Of a stretch of DNA of 64,000 nt, positions 43,043 to 52,191 are shown piece by piece. The position numbers were made by a program, and so were the translations under genes. The notes under the pieces are model-generated. The model had not been told where the DNA came from. It searched no databases and saw only the letters and a list, made by a program, of their open reading frames with translations. How positions within the stretch are numbered: position 1 is the stretch's first letter; the number at the start of each line of letters is the position of its first letter. Source of the stretch: Candidatus Sulfomarinibacteraceae bacterium (GTDB lineage Bacteria; Acidobacteriota; Thermoanaerobaculia; Thermoanaerobaculales; Sulfomarinibacteraceae); assembly GCA_963796455.1 (NCBI GenBank), contig CAWCLO010000007.1, positions 64,001 to 128,000 on the forward strand, read 5' to 3'.

Positions 43043-43726
43043 ATGACCGATCCTGCCGCCTGGAACCACCGGCCGAAACTCAAGGTATGTTGCATCGCCA
43101 GTGTCGATGAGGCGAAGCTGGCGATCAGCCTCGGAGCCTCGGCGATCGGGCTGGTGTCTTGGATGCCGAGCGGTCCGGGTGTCATCCCGGAAGAATTGAT
43201 CGAAGAGATTGCGGCTTCCGTCCCATCCGGAATCTCTACTTTCCTGCTGACCAGCAGCGTCGAGATCGACCACATCATCCGCCAGCAACGGCGATTCAAA
43301 ACCGACACCATCCAGTTGGTTGATAGATTGCCGGCGGCGGGCGTCGACGAGCTCAAGCTGGCGCTCCCTCTGGTGACGATCGTCCAGGTCATTCACGTGC
43401 TGAACGAAAACTCGATCGATGACGCGTTGACTGCTGCAGAGTCAGCGGACGTACTCCTCCTCGATTCGGGGAATCCCGGTCTCCCGGTCAAGGAACTCGG
43501 CGGCACGGGAAGGACCCACAACTGGGCATTCAGCCGCCGAATCTGTAAGAAAGTGGATATTCCGGTTTACCTCGCGGGCGGTCTTACACCCGACAACATC
43601 TCCGAGGCGGTGCAACAGGTCAATCCGTATGGTGTCGATGTGTGCTCGGGCGTGCGAACCGACGGCCGTCTCGACCCTGAAAAACTGAGTCGCTTCACAG
43701 GAGCTCTAGTTTCTCCGATACCATGA
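43043..43726 (+). CDS. trpF: Phosphoribosylanthranilate isomerase-like protein (orphan)
   Basis: KVCCI, LLLDS, GGTGRTHNW, LAGGLTPDN and GVDVCSGV motifs. Confidence 0.82.
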   Translation: MTDPAAWNHRPKLKVCCIASVDEAKLAISLGASAIGLVSWMPSGPGVIPEELIEEIAASVPSGISTFLLTSSVEIDHIIRQQRRFKTDTIQLVDRLPAAGVDELKLALPLVTIVQVIHVLNENSIDDALTAAESADVLLLDSGNPGLPVKELGGTGRTHNWAFSRRICKKVDIPVYLAGGLTPDNISEAVQQVNPYGVDVCSGVRTDGRLDPEKLSRFTGALVSPIP

Positions 43727-43744
43727 GCTGGCACGAGGGATTCC

Positions 43745-44299
43745 ATGATGAGAAAAGCCGAACCGCAGATTGGATTTCACTGGCCGGTCGCCGCCAATCG
43801 CGTGATCGCTGCACCGTGCTCCGAAATCTGGAATGTCATCTCGAGCCCGGGGATGCTGGCGCTCTACCACCCGTTCTGCGAGCAAAACCCGGTTCGACAC
43901 TGGCCGGGCACGGGATCGGTCGACGAGGTCCACTATTTCACCGGACGCGTGCTCCGGCGAACCATCACCGATTGGTTCGATGACGTGGGATTCAACCTCG
44001 ATATCAGCCGGCCCGGTGGCAGAACCTCGCAGGTTTCATGGCGGATCGCGGAGCTCGAGGAGCGTAGAACGCGGATCAGCGTCACCATCTATCCCCACGC
44101 AGTCCAGCATCTTCCGTTGCTGATCCGATGGGTCCCCCACCTCCTGATCGTCCGCCGACAACTCGCCAGGTACCTCGACTCCGTACTTCAGGGCCTCGAC
44201 TGGTTCGTGACCATGGGCGAACCGGTGACGCGAAACCAGTTCGGCTCCCACCCGTGGTTTTCTCCAGTTGATGACGCTGGCGAAGGCCCGAGCCTATGA
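43745..44299 (+). CDS. SRPBCC family protein
   Basis: IAAPCSEIWNVIS...HPFC and NQFGSHPWFS. Confidence 0.65.
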   Translation: MMRKAEPQIGFHWPVAANRVIAAPCSEIWNVISSPGMLALYHPFCEQNPVRHWPGTGSVDEVHYFTGRVLRRTITDWFDDVGFNLDISRPGGRTSQVSWRIAELEERRTRISVTIYPHAVQHLPLLIRWVPHLLIVRRQLARYLDSVLQGLDWFVTMGEPVTRNQFGSHPWFSPVDDAGEGPSL

Positions 44300-44754
44300 A
44301 TTCTCCGCGGTCCCGGACGGGCGCCCAACCGACGGGAATCCGGCTCGTCCTGGTCGCGCTGATGTTGATTCTGCTCGGGATGTTCATGCAGGCCTATTCA
44401 CTGATTTACTGGGATCACGCAGTGGACCTCGGCCTTCAGAACGACCGTTTCAACGCCGATCCGGTCGAGAACGCGCGGGCGCGCGAAAGCTGGGGGGTTG
44501 CGGTGGCGGATATGGTGTGGCTGCTGCCTCTGACTCTCTTTGCCATCTGGGGAGTTGCGCGGAGGCGGCTCTCGGGCTTTGCCGCAGGATTCATGGTCTT
44601 TGCGATCGCGGTCTATTTTCCCCTTGTCTTTGCCTTCCAGCGATGGCAAAGCCACCCCGGCACGGTCGCCATTGCCTGTGCGCTGTGGGTCCTTCCGAGC
44701 CTCGCGGCAATAGCGGGTCTGTGGATCCATCGCGGGCACTTCGAAGACCGATGA
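44296..44754 (+). CDS. Hypothetical 4-TM membrane protein
   Basis: Hydrophobic helices; ATGA overlaps on both sides. Confidence 0.7.
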   Translation: MNSPRSRTGAQPTGIRLVLVALMLILLGMFMQAYSLIYWDHAVDLGLQNDRFNADPVENARARESWGVAVADMVWLLPLTLFAIWGVARRRLSGFAAGFMVFAIAVYFPLVFAFQRWQSHPGTVAIACALWVLPSLAAIAGLWIHRGHFEDR

Positions 44755-45221
44755 CCCCAGTCTACGAACCGACAACGTCCGGCGGCACATATATTCTGCT
44801 GGTTTCGCTCCCCGCTCGGGAGACGATATCTGTGGGCAGGTTTTCAGATATCCTGTTCGACCCCGGCCGCTACGCCTACGTCGGCAGCGCATTCGGACCG
44901 GGCGGGTTGGCGGCAAGATTGCGCAGATACGCTGTGGGACCTCGCAGGAATCGTTGGCATATCGATTTCCTGCTCGACCACGCCGAAGTGCTCGGAGCGC
45001 TCATCAGCACGGACGCCGCGCGTCTCGAGTGCCGGTGGGCAAACTGGTGTCAGGATCGAGGCTCCAACATCGTTGACGGATTCGGAGCATCCGATTGCCG
45101 CTGCCGAAGCCATCTCTTTTTTCTCGATTCCGGTCACAAGGCGGAACAGATGATCGGTGCGGCGGGTTGCGAACTACATGCAAAGTATCTCGGTCTCGAC
45201 GAACTGATTGGAGGTCCATGA
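44751..45221 (+). CDS. GIY-YIG family (DUF123) protein
   Basis: GTYIL, YAYVGSAFGPGGL..R, WHIDFL and GFGASDCRCRSHL motifs. Confidence 0.85.
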   Translation: MTPVYEPTTSGGTYILLVSLPARETISVGRFSDILFDPGRYAYVGSAFGPGGLAARLRRYAVGPRRNRWHIDFLLDHAEVLGALISTDAARLECRWANWCQDRGSNIVDGFGASDCRCRSHLFFLDSGHKAEQMIGAAGCELHAKYLGLDELIGGP

Positions 45222-45544
45222 TGACGTACGACGAAGACCTCGACGCGCGCGTCAGCGAAGTGGTGGGTGCGTGGAACGCGACAACAAAGAAGATGTTCGG
45301 TGGCACCTGCCATCTCCTGAACGGCAACATGCTTTGCGGAGTCAAAGAAGACAACCTCATCGTGCGTCTTGGCCACGAGGCAGGCGGCTCCGCACTCGAT
45401 GAACCGCATACCCGGCCCATGGACGTCACCGGTCGACCTATGAAGGGATGGGTCATAGTCGAAGCGGAGGGCCATTCGGGCGAAAATCTTCGGGCTTGGC
45501 TGGAACGCGCCCACGCCTTCGTCTCGACCCTCCCGGCAAAATGA
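45218..45544 (+). CDS. TfoX N-terminal domain protein
   Basis: KKMFGG..LLNGNM and GRPMKGWV motifs. Confidence 0.85.
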   Translation: MMTYDEDLDARVSEVVGAWNATTKKMFGGTCHLLNGNMLCGVKEDNLIVRLGHEAGGSALDEPHTRPMDVTGRPMKGWVIVEAEGHSGENLRAWLERAHAFVSTLPAK

Positions 45545-45858
45545 CCGTCGAAGAGACCGACAAGGTCTTCTGCCGGAACCCCGATCCGGCGAAGGAGGGC
45601 ACCAATGTCCCGCGCTGGAAATATGATGTGGTGCGCCGAGCGATTCTGGACACGCTCGGCGACGATCCCGGGGGTGTGACCTTCAGAGAACTCACCGCCG
45701 AGGTCCGTGGTCGCCTCAGTGCCGAGACCATCGAGCGCCTCGGTTCGGTGTCGTGGCACACGACCGTGGTCAAGCTCCACCTCGAGACCGTGTCGGAGAT
45801 CGAGAGGATTCCGGATTCTCGACCCCATCGGCTGCGTCGTTGCAGCGCTCCGGAGTAG
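45541..45858 (+). CDS. Small conserved hypothetical protein (DUF6958-like)
   Basis: KYDVVRRAIL and GSVSWHTTVVKLHLE; ATGA coupling. Confidence 0.7.
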   Translation: MTVEETDKVFCRNPDPAKEGTNVPRWKYDVVRRAILDTLGDDPGGVTFRELTAEVRGRLSAETIERLGSVSWHTTVVKLHLETVSEIERIPDSRPHRLRRCSAPE

Positions 45859-45880
45859 AATTCAACCAACTGGAGGCATC

Positions 45881-46261
45881 ATGAATCTCCCGGTACTGGC
45901 CGCTGCAGTTCTCACGGTGCTCATCGGAATCGCCCACTCGGTTCTTGGAGAAAAGCTGCTGCTCGGGCCGCTCTTTGCCAAAGGCACCCTGACTCGGCTG
46001 CTCGGCAGCACCACCTTTGCCCGCAATGTCCTTCGATTTACCTGGCATCTGACGACCATCTTCGCTTTCGGTATCGGCGCCGTCATCGCCTACCTCGCGT
46101 GCTGGCCTCTCCACCCCCACGCGGTATGGATCCTCCGTGCCTTTTCGATCACATTCGGTGTATCGACCCTTTTGTCGCTGATTGGTGCCCGCGGTAGACA
46201 TTTTTCGTGGTGGGTCTTTCTCATCATCACGGTGCTCCTGTGGGTGGGGAGCACACCCTGA
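45881..46261 (+). CDS. Hypothetical membrane protein
   Basis: HSVLGE and LRFTWHLTT; four TM helices; GGAGG RBS. Confidence 0.75.
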   Translation: MNLPVLAAAVLTVLIGIAHSVLGEKLLLGPLFAKGTLTRLLGSTTFARNVLRFTWHLTTIFAFGIGAVIAYLACWPLHPHAVWILRAFSITFGVSTLLSLIGARGRHFSWWVFLIITVLLWVGSTP

Positions 46262-46269
46262 AGGGAATC

Positions 46270-46623
46270 ATGCAACCTGCAGCCATCAAAAGTGAAGTCA
46301 GCATCGAAGATCTTGAAAAGCTGGACATCCGGATTGGCACCATCGAAAAGGTGGAGGAGATTCCGTCCTCGAAGAAGCTCATGCGGCTCACTGTCAACCT
46401 CGGTGACCACACCCGCACGATCCTCGCCGGCATCAGACAGGAGCGGCAGAACCCGAGTGAGATCGCGGGTCTCCAGGCGCTTTTCGTGGTCAATCTGCCG
46501 CCGCGGAACATGGCCGGGGAGGTTTCCGAGGGCATGCTCTTCGATATCGGTTTTGCCGATGGTGTGACCCCGGTCCTGGCCACACCCGAAAAACCGGTCC
46601 CCGACGGCTCGCGAGCAGGTTAG
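46270..46623 (+). CDS. tRNA-binding OB-fold protein (CsaA/Trbp111-like)
   Basis: KLDIRIGTI, VVNLPPR and SEGML motifs. Confidence 0.85.
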   Translation: MQPAAIKSEVSIEDLEKLDIRIGTIEKVEEIPSSKKLMRLTVNLGDHTRTILAGIRQERQNPSEIAGLQALFVVNLPPRNMAGEVSEGMLFDIGFADGVTPVLATPEKPVPDGSRAG

Positions 46624-47006
46624 TGCGCGAGAGCATCACGGTTGCCGACCTGGTGCTCCTGATTCACCTCGTTTTCATTCTCTTCGTCGCAGCGGGCGGC
46701 TTGGCGGTCCTGAAATGGCCCCGCATGGCCTGGCTCCACCTGCCCGCTGCGGCGTGGGGCGCATGGATCGAGCTCAGCGGAAGGATCTGCCCATTGACGC
46801 CCCTCGAAAACCGCCTTCGACTGGCAGCTGACCAACCCGTATATCAGGAAGGTTTTATCAACCACTATCTTTCTTTGATCGTCTATCCGCCCGGGTTGAC
46901 CAGGGTGCACCAGATCCTGATGGGTGCGGCGGTGATCACCGTCAACCTGATCATCTACGCGTTCGCGATCAGGAAACTTGTCCGGAGATCAGAGTCCAAC
47001 CCCTGA
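46623..47006 (+). CDS. DUF2784 membrane protein
   Basis: HLVFILFV, WLHLPA and CPLTPLENRLR motifs. Confidence 0.85.
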   Translation: MRESITVADLVLLIHLVFILFVAAGGLAVLKWPRMAWLHLPAAAWGAWIELSGRICPLTPLENRLRLAADQPVYQEGFINHYLSLIVYPPGLTRVHQILMGAAVITVNLIIYAFAIRKLVRRSESNP

Positions 47007-47021
47007 TCACGCCCTGCTAGG

Positions 47022-47180
47022 ATGCCAAACATGTTGTTGACCATTCTGAAAATCGTTGCTGGGCTGGCCGTCCTCGGAATCATCTCGATGGTGATGATCG
47101 CTGTCGTCTCAGGGCTTGTCAGCTCGGCCCGCTCGCTGGGAAACCGGGAGAATCGAGATGACAACCCAAGAGGTCATTGA
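47022..47180 (+). CDS. Possible 52-aa single-TM protein (not in ORF track)
   Basis: MPNMLLTILKIVAGLAVLGIISMVMIAVVSGLVSSARSLGNRENRDDNPRGH fills the gap in a co-oriented run. Confidence 0.4.
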   Translation: MPNMLLTILKIVAGLAVLGIISMVMIAVVSGLVSSARSLGNRENRDDNPRGH

Positions 47181-47580
47181 TCGCATTTTATCCGAAAAGA
47201 CCCTCGCCATCGCTGGGGTCTCCCGAAGCGGCCGGGGTTTTGGAAACAAGGTGCTACGGGATCTGACCGGCAAAGGCTACGAGATCCTGCCCGTGCATCC
47301 GTCGGCTGACGAGGTGGGCGGTCTCAGCGCCTACTCATCGCTCGCCGAGCTGCCGGACAGGGTTGGGGGGTTGATTCTGGTGGTGCCTCCAATGCAGACA
47401 GAGATCCTCGTCAAAAAAGCGCACGCGAACGGCATCACCCGCATCTGGATGCAACCGGGCGCCGAGTCAACCGAATCGATCCAATTCTGCCGCGACAACG
47501 GCATCGAGGTCGTTGACGACCGTTGCATCATGGTGTTGTCAACGCCCTCGAGTTTCGGATCAGGAGGAAGCGATGACTGA
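47158..47580 (+). CDS. CoA-binding protein (YccU-like)
   Basis: AIAGVSR, PVHP, IWMQPG and RCIMV motifs. Confidence 0.85.
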   Translation: MTTQEVIDRILSEKTLAIAGVSRSGRGFGNKVLRDLTGKGYEILPVHPSADEVGGLSAYSSLAELPDRVGGLILVVPPMQTEILVKKAHANGITRIWMQPGAESTESIQFCRDNGIEVVDDRCIMVLSTPSSFGSGGSDD

Positions 47581-47983
47581 GACCGCCATTCGAGGCTCTT
47601 GTCTCTGCGGAGGCGTCGAATTCGAGATGAGCCCGCCCTTCATCTTTTTTCACCACTGCCACTGCAGCCGTTGCCAGAAGAGCTCGGGCTCCGCATACGG
47701 CGCCAATATTCTGGTCAAGGCCGCCCAGTTTCGCTGGACCCGGGGCGAAGATCTGGTCAAACGTTGGGAACTCCCCGAGGCGGAGTACTACTGCACGGGC
47801 TGGTGCGCCACGTGCGGCTGCAAGCTCCCCTGGCAGTCGCGCAATAAAAAGGGCTATCTGGTGCCTGCAGGTCTGCTCGAAGACGACCCGGTCGACCGAC
47901 CCGGCAAGAATATCTTCTGGGCCTCTCGACCCCCGTGGTACGCCAACCCGGCTGATCTCCCGACCTTCGAAGAAGACAAATGA
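47573..47983 (+). CDS. GFA/CENP-V family protein
   Basis: GSCLCG, CHCSRCQK and CATCG motifs. Confidence 0.9.
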   Translation: MTETAIRGSCLCGGVEFEMSPPFIFFHHCHCSRCQKSSGSAYGANILVKAAQFRWTRGEDLVKRWELPEAEYYCTGWCATCGCKLPWQSRNKKGYLVPAGLLEDDPVDRPGKNIFWASRPPWYANPADLPTFEEDK

Positions 47984-48031
47984 CGGAATAGCCTGCTCCC
48001 TCTGTCGTATGAAGAACAAAGGAGGCGGACG

Positions 48032-48460
48032 ATGAATCGCGATCTCGAGCACATCAAGCTGCTGGCAATCTTCCACTATGTGGCGGCAGGCATGGCGGCC
48101 ATGTTCGCCTGCATTCCATTCATTCACTTCTTCATGGGCCTCGCACTGGCCACCGGTGCCTTCCCCGACACCAATACCGAGGCACGAACCATGGGTCTGG
48201 TGATCATGTTGATGGCCGGTTTGATCATTCTTTTCGGGTGGGTCTTCGCCGCCCTGGTTGCCTTTGCAGGACGCAGCCTCCAGCAACGAAAACGCTACAC
48301 CTTCTGTCTGGTGATGGCTGGCATCGAATGCATCTTCATGCCGGTCGGCACGGTCCTCGGGGTCTTCACCATCATCGTCCTGCTGAGAGACGGGGTGAAG
48401 GCGCTGTTCGGGGTTCAAACCGACGAAAATGTTGCATTGGCGCCAACCGGAGAGGACTGA
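48032..48460 (+). CDS. Hypothetical membrane protein
   Basis: HIKLLAIFHYV and PVGTVLGVFTIIVL; GGAGG RBS. Confidence 0.75.
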   Translation: MNRDLEHIKLLAIFHYVAAGMAAMFACIPFIHFFMGLALATGAFPDTNTEARTMGLVIMLMAGLIILFGWVFAALVAFAGRSLQQRKRYTFCLVMAGIECIFMPVGTVLGVFTIIVLLRDGVKALFGVQTDENVALAPTGED

Positions 48461-48720
48461 TGCCTTCGGAGCCGTCATCCACCCCCATCTGCCAACGGTG
48501 CGGCGGTGAGACGGAATACGGCTGTGCCATTGTCCGCAATCCTGGCCGCAGGTTGAGTTGGCTTATCAGGGGCTCGCACCCGCTCACCAAACTTCTATTT
48601 GCGCCGGACGGTGACCTCAACGCCACCGCAGAGTTGATGGCTCAGGAACGCGGTTGCGAAGCATTTCGATGCCTGAAATGTGGGGCCCTCAATCTGAGCA
48701 AGAGGAGATGGATCGGATGA
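48460..48720 (+). CDS. Small zinc-ribbon protein
   Basis: CQRCGG...AFRCLKCG. Confidence 0.6.
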   Translation: MPSEPSSTPICQRCGGETEYGCAIVRNPGRRLSWLIRGSHPLTKLLFAPDGDLNATAELMAQERGCEAFRCLKCGALNLSKRRWIG

Positions 48721-48995
48721 CCGGCCGATCACGTGAAATCTGTCATCGCTGCGGCGGCAAACTCGAAAGAGGTTCCGCCCATATCGGCGACCGCGCCCCG
48801 GGATTGATTTCATTTCTTCCTTGGCGGACGCAGTTGTATTTCCAACCGAAAGACCCAACACTCGAAGAAATCAGGTTCCTCGCCTGGCCGAAAAAACACA
48901 CCGCCTTTCACTGCCTCGGATGCGGTGGTGTTGTTGTCACGAAACATCCCCACCACACAAATCATCCAAGCGATGCGACCGAGGTCGAACCATAA
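48717..48995 (+). CDS. Small zinc-ribbon protein (paralog)
   Basis: CHRCGGKLERG...AFHCLGCG. Confidence 0.6.
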   Translation: MTGRSREICHRCGGKLERGSAHIGDRAPGLISFLPWRTQLYFQPKDPTLEEIRFLAWPKKHTAFHCLGCGGVVVTKHPHHTNHPSDATEVEP

Positions 48996-49039
48996 GCACG
49001 GACCGTAGCGCCGTGTCGTCCCAGGTGAACGAGGCCATT

Positions 49040-49312
49040 CGAATTGGATCTTCGCTCAGGATGACATCGGGAGGCGACCTACCCGGGCCAGCGAATTCAT
49101 AGGCGGGCGTTTCCCCCTTTCCCCCTTTCTCCCCTGCCCCTCTGCCCCTCTGTTCCTCTGCTCCCATTCGGGTTCGGAATCCACAACTGCCGTTCGATAG
49201 CGATAGCGATAGCGATTCCGATAGCGATAGCGAGGATGCCGAGCGGTCCCCTGCACCCTTTCCCCCTTTCTCCCTTTCTCCTCTGCCCCTCTGCCCCTCT
49301 GCCCCTCTGCCA
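49040..49312 (+). repeat. Second composite repeat family, copy 1
   Basis: Pyrimidine octamer tracts flank core ttcgggttcggaatccacaactgccgttcgatagcga + (CGATAG)n + ggatgccgagc. Confidence 0.75.
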
Positions 49313-49327
49313 AGCTACACTTCCCCC

Positions 49328-49927
49328 ATGTGGGACAAACGCTTCTCCGAACCCGGATACGCCTACGGCACCGAGCCGAACGACTTTCTTGTCTCGGTCG
49401 CTGACCGCATCCCGCGCGGGAGGGTGCTGAGCCTCGCCGAAGGTGAAGGACGCAACGCGGTCTATCTGGCGGGACTCGGTCACGAGGTCACGGCCGTGGA
49501 CAGCTCGACAGTTGGTCTCGCGAAAGCCGAAGCCCTGGCTGCCGAACGCGGCGTTCAGATCAATACCATCGCCGCCGATCTCGCCGACTTCGATATCGAA
49601 CCTGCCGCCTGGCAGGGCATTGTCTCGATCTACTTCCACACCGAACCATCGGTCCGAAGGAAGATCAACCGGCTTTGTGTGGAAGGTCTAGTGCCGGGAG
49701 GGGTCCTGGTGCTGGTGGGATTCACCCCCCGTCAGCTCGATCACGCCACGGGCGGGCCCAGGAACCCGATCCTGCTCATGGAGCCCGACGAGATCACAGC
49801 CGAGCTCGAAGGCCTCGACATCGAAATCTCCCGCGAGGTCGTCAAGCAGAACAAGGAGGGCCGGTTCCACGACGGCACCTCCGCGGTTCTCGAGATCCTC
49901 GGCGTCAAACCGAACCGGAGCGTTTGA
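49328..49927 (+). CDS. Class I SAM-dependent methyltransferase
   Basis: MWDKRFS..YAYGTEPNDFL and LAEGEGRNAVYLA motifs. Confidence 0.9.
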   Translation: MWDKRFSEPGYAYGTEPNDFLVSVADRIPRGRVLSLAEGEGRNAVYLAGLGHEVTAVDSSTVGLAKAEALAAERGVQINTIAADLADFDIEPAAWQGIVSIYFHTEPSVRRKINRLCVEGLVPGGVLVLVGFTPRQLDHATGGPRNPILLMEPDEITAELEGLDIEISREVVKQNKEGRFHDGTSAVLEILGVKPNRSV

Positions 49928-50059
49928 TGCGGAGAAACCGCAGATCTCGTAGATGAGCGCAGATTCGCGAGCCCGTCATTTGATCGACCCCGCGAATCGG
50001 TGAAACCACAAATTGCCGCACAACAATCAATCGGCCGCAGCGCGCCTTAGCTCGGGAGG

Positions 50060-50225
50060 ACACCGGGAGGCGACAATCGCGTGGGTAGGAATTCAGTGCC
50101 AGGTGATTCTCCCTTTCTCCCTTTCCCCCTTTTTCCCTTTCTCCCCTGCCCCCCTTCTCCCTTTCGGGTTCGGAATCCATAGCTGCCGTTCGATAGCGAG
50201 AACAAGGATGCCGAGCAGTCCACTG
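50060..50225 (+). repeat. Second composite repeat family, copy 2
   Basis: cgggaggcgac...gaattc, pyrimidine tract, ttcgggttcggaatccatagctgccgttcgatagcga...ggatgccgagc; direct repeat of the 49040-49250 region. Confidence 0.75.
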
Positions 50226-50276
50226 CCCCACCACCCCTTTTCGACATTCAAGTTACGGTTGGGTAGCAGAAACTCT

Positions 50277-50678
50277 TCAGGCAGGGACACCGACGATCAG
50301 CTTGCGGATGACCTTGAGCAGGGTCTCCCGATCGACCGGCTTGCCGAGCACACCATCGGGACCACGTACGCCCTCGTGCGCACCGAGATAGGACTGGCAA
50401 TCATCCTGAAGGAGTTGATCGTTGCCGGTCACGACCACCAGGGGCAGTTTCGCCCAGCGCTCGCTCCGACGCACCGTCACCAAAAACTCCAAACCGGATT
50501 TTCCGGGCAACAGCGCATCGATGAGCACCACATCGGGTTGGAAATCCTCGAGGGCCACAAGGGCTGCAGAACAGCGGTTCGCAGATGCGACCTGAAATCC
50601 CTCGTCTTCAAGGAAGGAAGAAAGATAGTCAACGATGTCCGGGTCGTCTTCGAGCACAAAGACGCGCCCCTCGTTCAT
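50277..50678 (-). CDS. Single-domain response regulator
   Basis: VLEDD, LID, VTG and GKP motifs; ATGA overlap with the kinase. Confidence 0.88.
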   Translation of the reverse strand: MNEGRVFVLEDDPDIVDYLSSFLEDEGFQVASANRCSAALVALEDFQPDVVLIDALLPGKSGLEFLVTVRRSERWAKLPLVVVTGNDQLLQDDCQSYLGAHEGVRGPDGVLGKPVDRETLLKVIRKLIVGVPA

Positions 50679-52150
50679 TGAACGATCTCCTCCGACTGCA
50701 TGCTCGGGTTCGCCACCAGCGGCAGCCGGACCTCGAATCGGGTACCCCGGCCGGGCTCGGACTCCACCCCGATCGATCCGCCGTGTTTGTCGACGATCTT
50801 GTTCGAAATAAAGAGACCGAGGCCGGTGCCCTTGATGCCCTTCGAGGAAAAGAAGAGCGAAAAAATCTTCTCCCGCGTCTCGCGATCCATGCCCATGCCG
50901 TTGTCTTCGACCTCGATCTTCATCCACTCCGCTTCGCGCTGGATCCCGAGACGGATTTCATGGGTGGGTTTGTCCTTGTCCATACGGCAGGCATCGAGAG
51001 AGTTCTCCATGAGATTCAGGAGCATGGCCCGGATCGCCTGCGGGTCACCCGGGAAGACCCCCAGATCATCTGAGATGGCGATATCGACCCCGGTGTTCGC
51101 GTCGCTTGCCTTTTTTTCGATACCGGCCCGGAACTCGGAAACGATGGCCGCGAGATCCACCTCCTCCACCACCAACTCACGGTCCTTGGCGTAGTAGAGG
51201 ATGTCGAGCACCATGGAGCGAATCCGCTCCACGTTGCGCTGCACCATTTCCCATCCTTTGTCGACGCGCTCCGGTTTCTCCTTTTTGAAACCCGAGTTCA
51301 CCATATAGATGCCGCCATCGAGCCCGGTCAACAGACCCTTGATACCGTGCGAGATCGAACCCACGAGCAGACCGATCGAAGCCAGCTGTGTCTGGAGTTC
51401 ACGGATCTGGGTGATGTCGATGCACATTTCGATCACCGCTTCCACTTCGCCTTTCGAATTGCGCAGAGGTGCAGTGGTACACAGGGCATTGAGCTTTTCC
51501 CCGTCTTTTGTAAAAAGGACCTCTTCGTGTTCTCTGGTCTCCCCGGTGTCGAATGTCTGCTGCATCGGGCACACCAGGCACTGCTCGTCGCGATGTTTGT
51601 ACATCGTGAAGCAGTTCTTTCCGATCGGATCGCCAAAGGTCTCGCGAAACTTTCGATTCGCGTGCTTGATGACCCGATCGGGACCCTGGACGGAAATAAA
51701 GCACGGTACTTCTTCAAAAAGCTGGGCGAGCCGCTCCTGAGACCGCTGGAGCTCGTTCTGGAGCTGTTTGACCTCGAGGATATCGGTATGCATCTCCATC
51801 ACCGCCACGACCTCACCGGAATCATCCCGGATCGGAGTGGTGTGGACCATCACCGGCACCTGGCGGCCGTCACTGGTGGTCAGAAGCTGTTCGGACGGGT
51901 GGTTCATGCCGTCTGCAAAGGTCGCCTCGACCGGACAATCGGGACAGACATCGTCGCGGCCCTTGTAAACCTTGTAACAGTACTGACCGAGGCGCTCGCC
52001 GAAGTCCTCCCGAAATCGCCGGTTGCCATCGATGATCCGGAAATCCCGGTCGTGCACCGACAGGTAACAGGGCATTTCCTCCCAGTAACGTTGGTAGGGG
52101 CTGTCCGCAGCCGCCGATTTTTTGCCGGCGGTCATCTCCAGCAATGACAT
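50675..52150 (-). CDS. Histidine kinase with two Cys-rich PAS domains
   Basis: H-box SISHGIK, NSLDA, DNGMG, GTGLGL; PAS motifs C-x9-C-x2-C. Confidence 0.9.
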   Translation of the reverse strand: MSLLEMTAGKKSAAADSPYQRYWEEMPCYLSVHDRDFRIIDGNRRFREDFGERLGQYCYKVYKGRDDVCPDCPVEATFADGMNHPSEQLLTTSDGRQVPVMVHTTPIRDDSGEVVAVMEMHTDILEVKQLQNELQRSQERLAQLFEEVPCFISVQGPDRVIKHANRKFRETFGDPIGKNCFTMYKHRDEQCLVCPMQQTFDTGETREHEEVLFTKDGEKLNALCTTAPLRNSKGEVEAVIEMCIDITQIRELQTQLASIGLLVGSISHGIKGLLTGLDGGIYMVNSGFKKEKPERVDKGWEMVQRNVERIRSMVLDILYYAKDRELVVEEVDLAAIVSEFRAGIEKKASDANTGVDIAISDDLGVFPGDPQAIRAMLLNLMENSLDACRMDKDKPTHEIRLGIQREAEWMKIEVEDNGMGMDRETREKIFSLFFSSKGIKGTGLGLFISNKIVDKHGGSIGVESEPGRGTRFEVRLPLVANPSMQSEEIVQ

Positions 52151-52191
52151 GGCTCTCCCTCGATATGTCAGGCGGGCCGGGCCCGCGTTTG

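Noticed and set aside
44751..45221. GIY-YIG protein as the mobiliser of the repeats
   Set aside because: It looks like the stand-alone DUF123 family and is not flanked by any of the repeats.
39853..49927. Integron cassette array
   Set aside because: No recognisable RYYYAAC...GTTRRRY attC sites, many overlapping genes, and no intI in the window.
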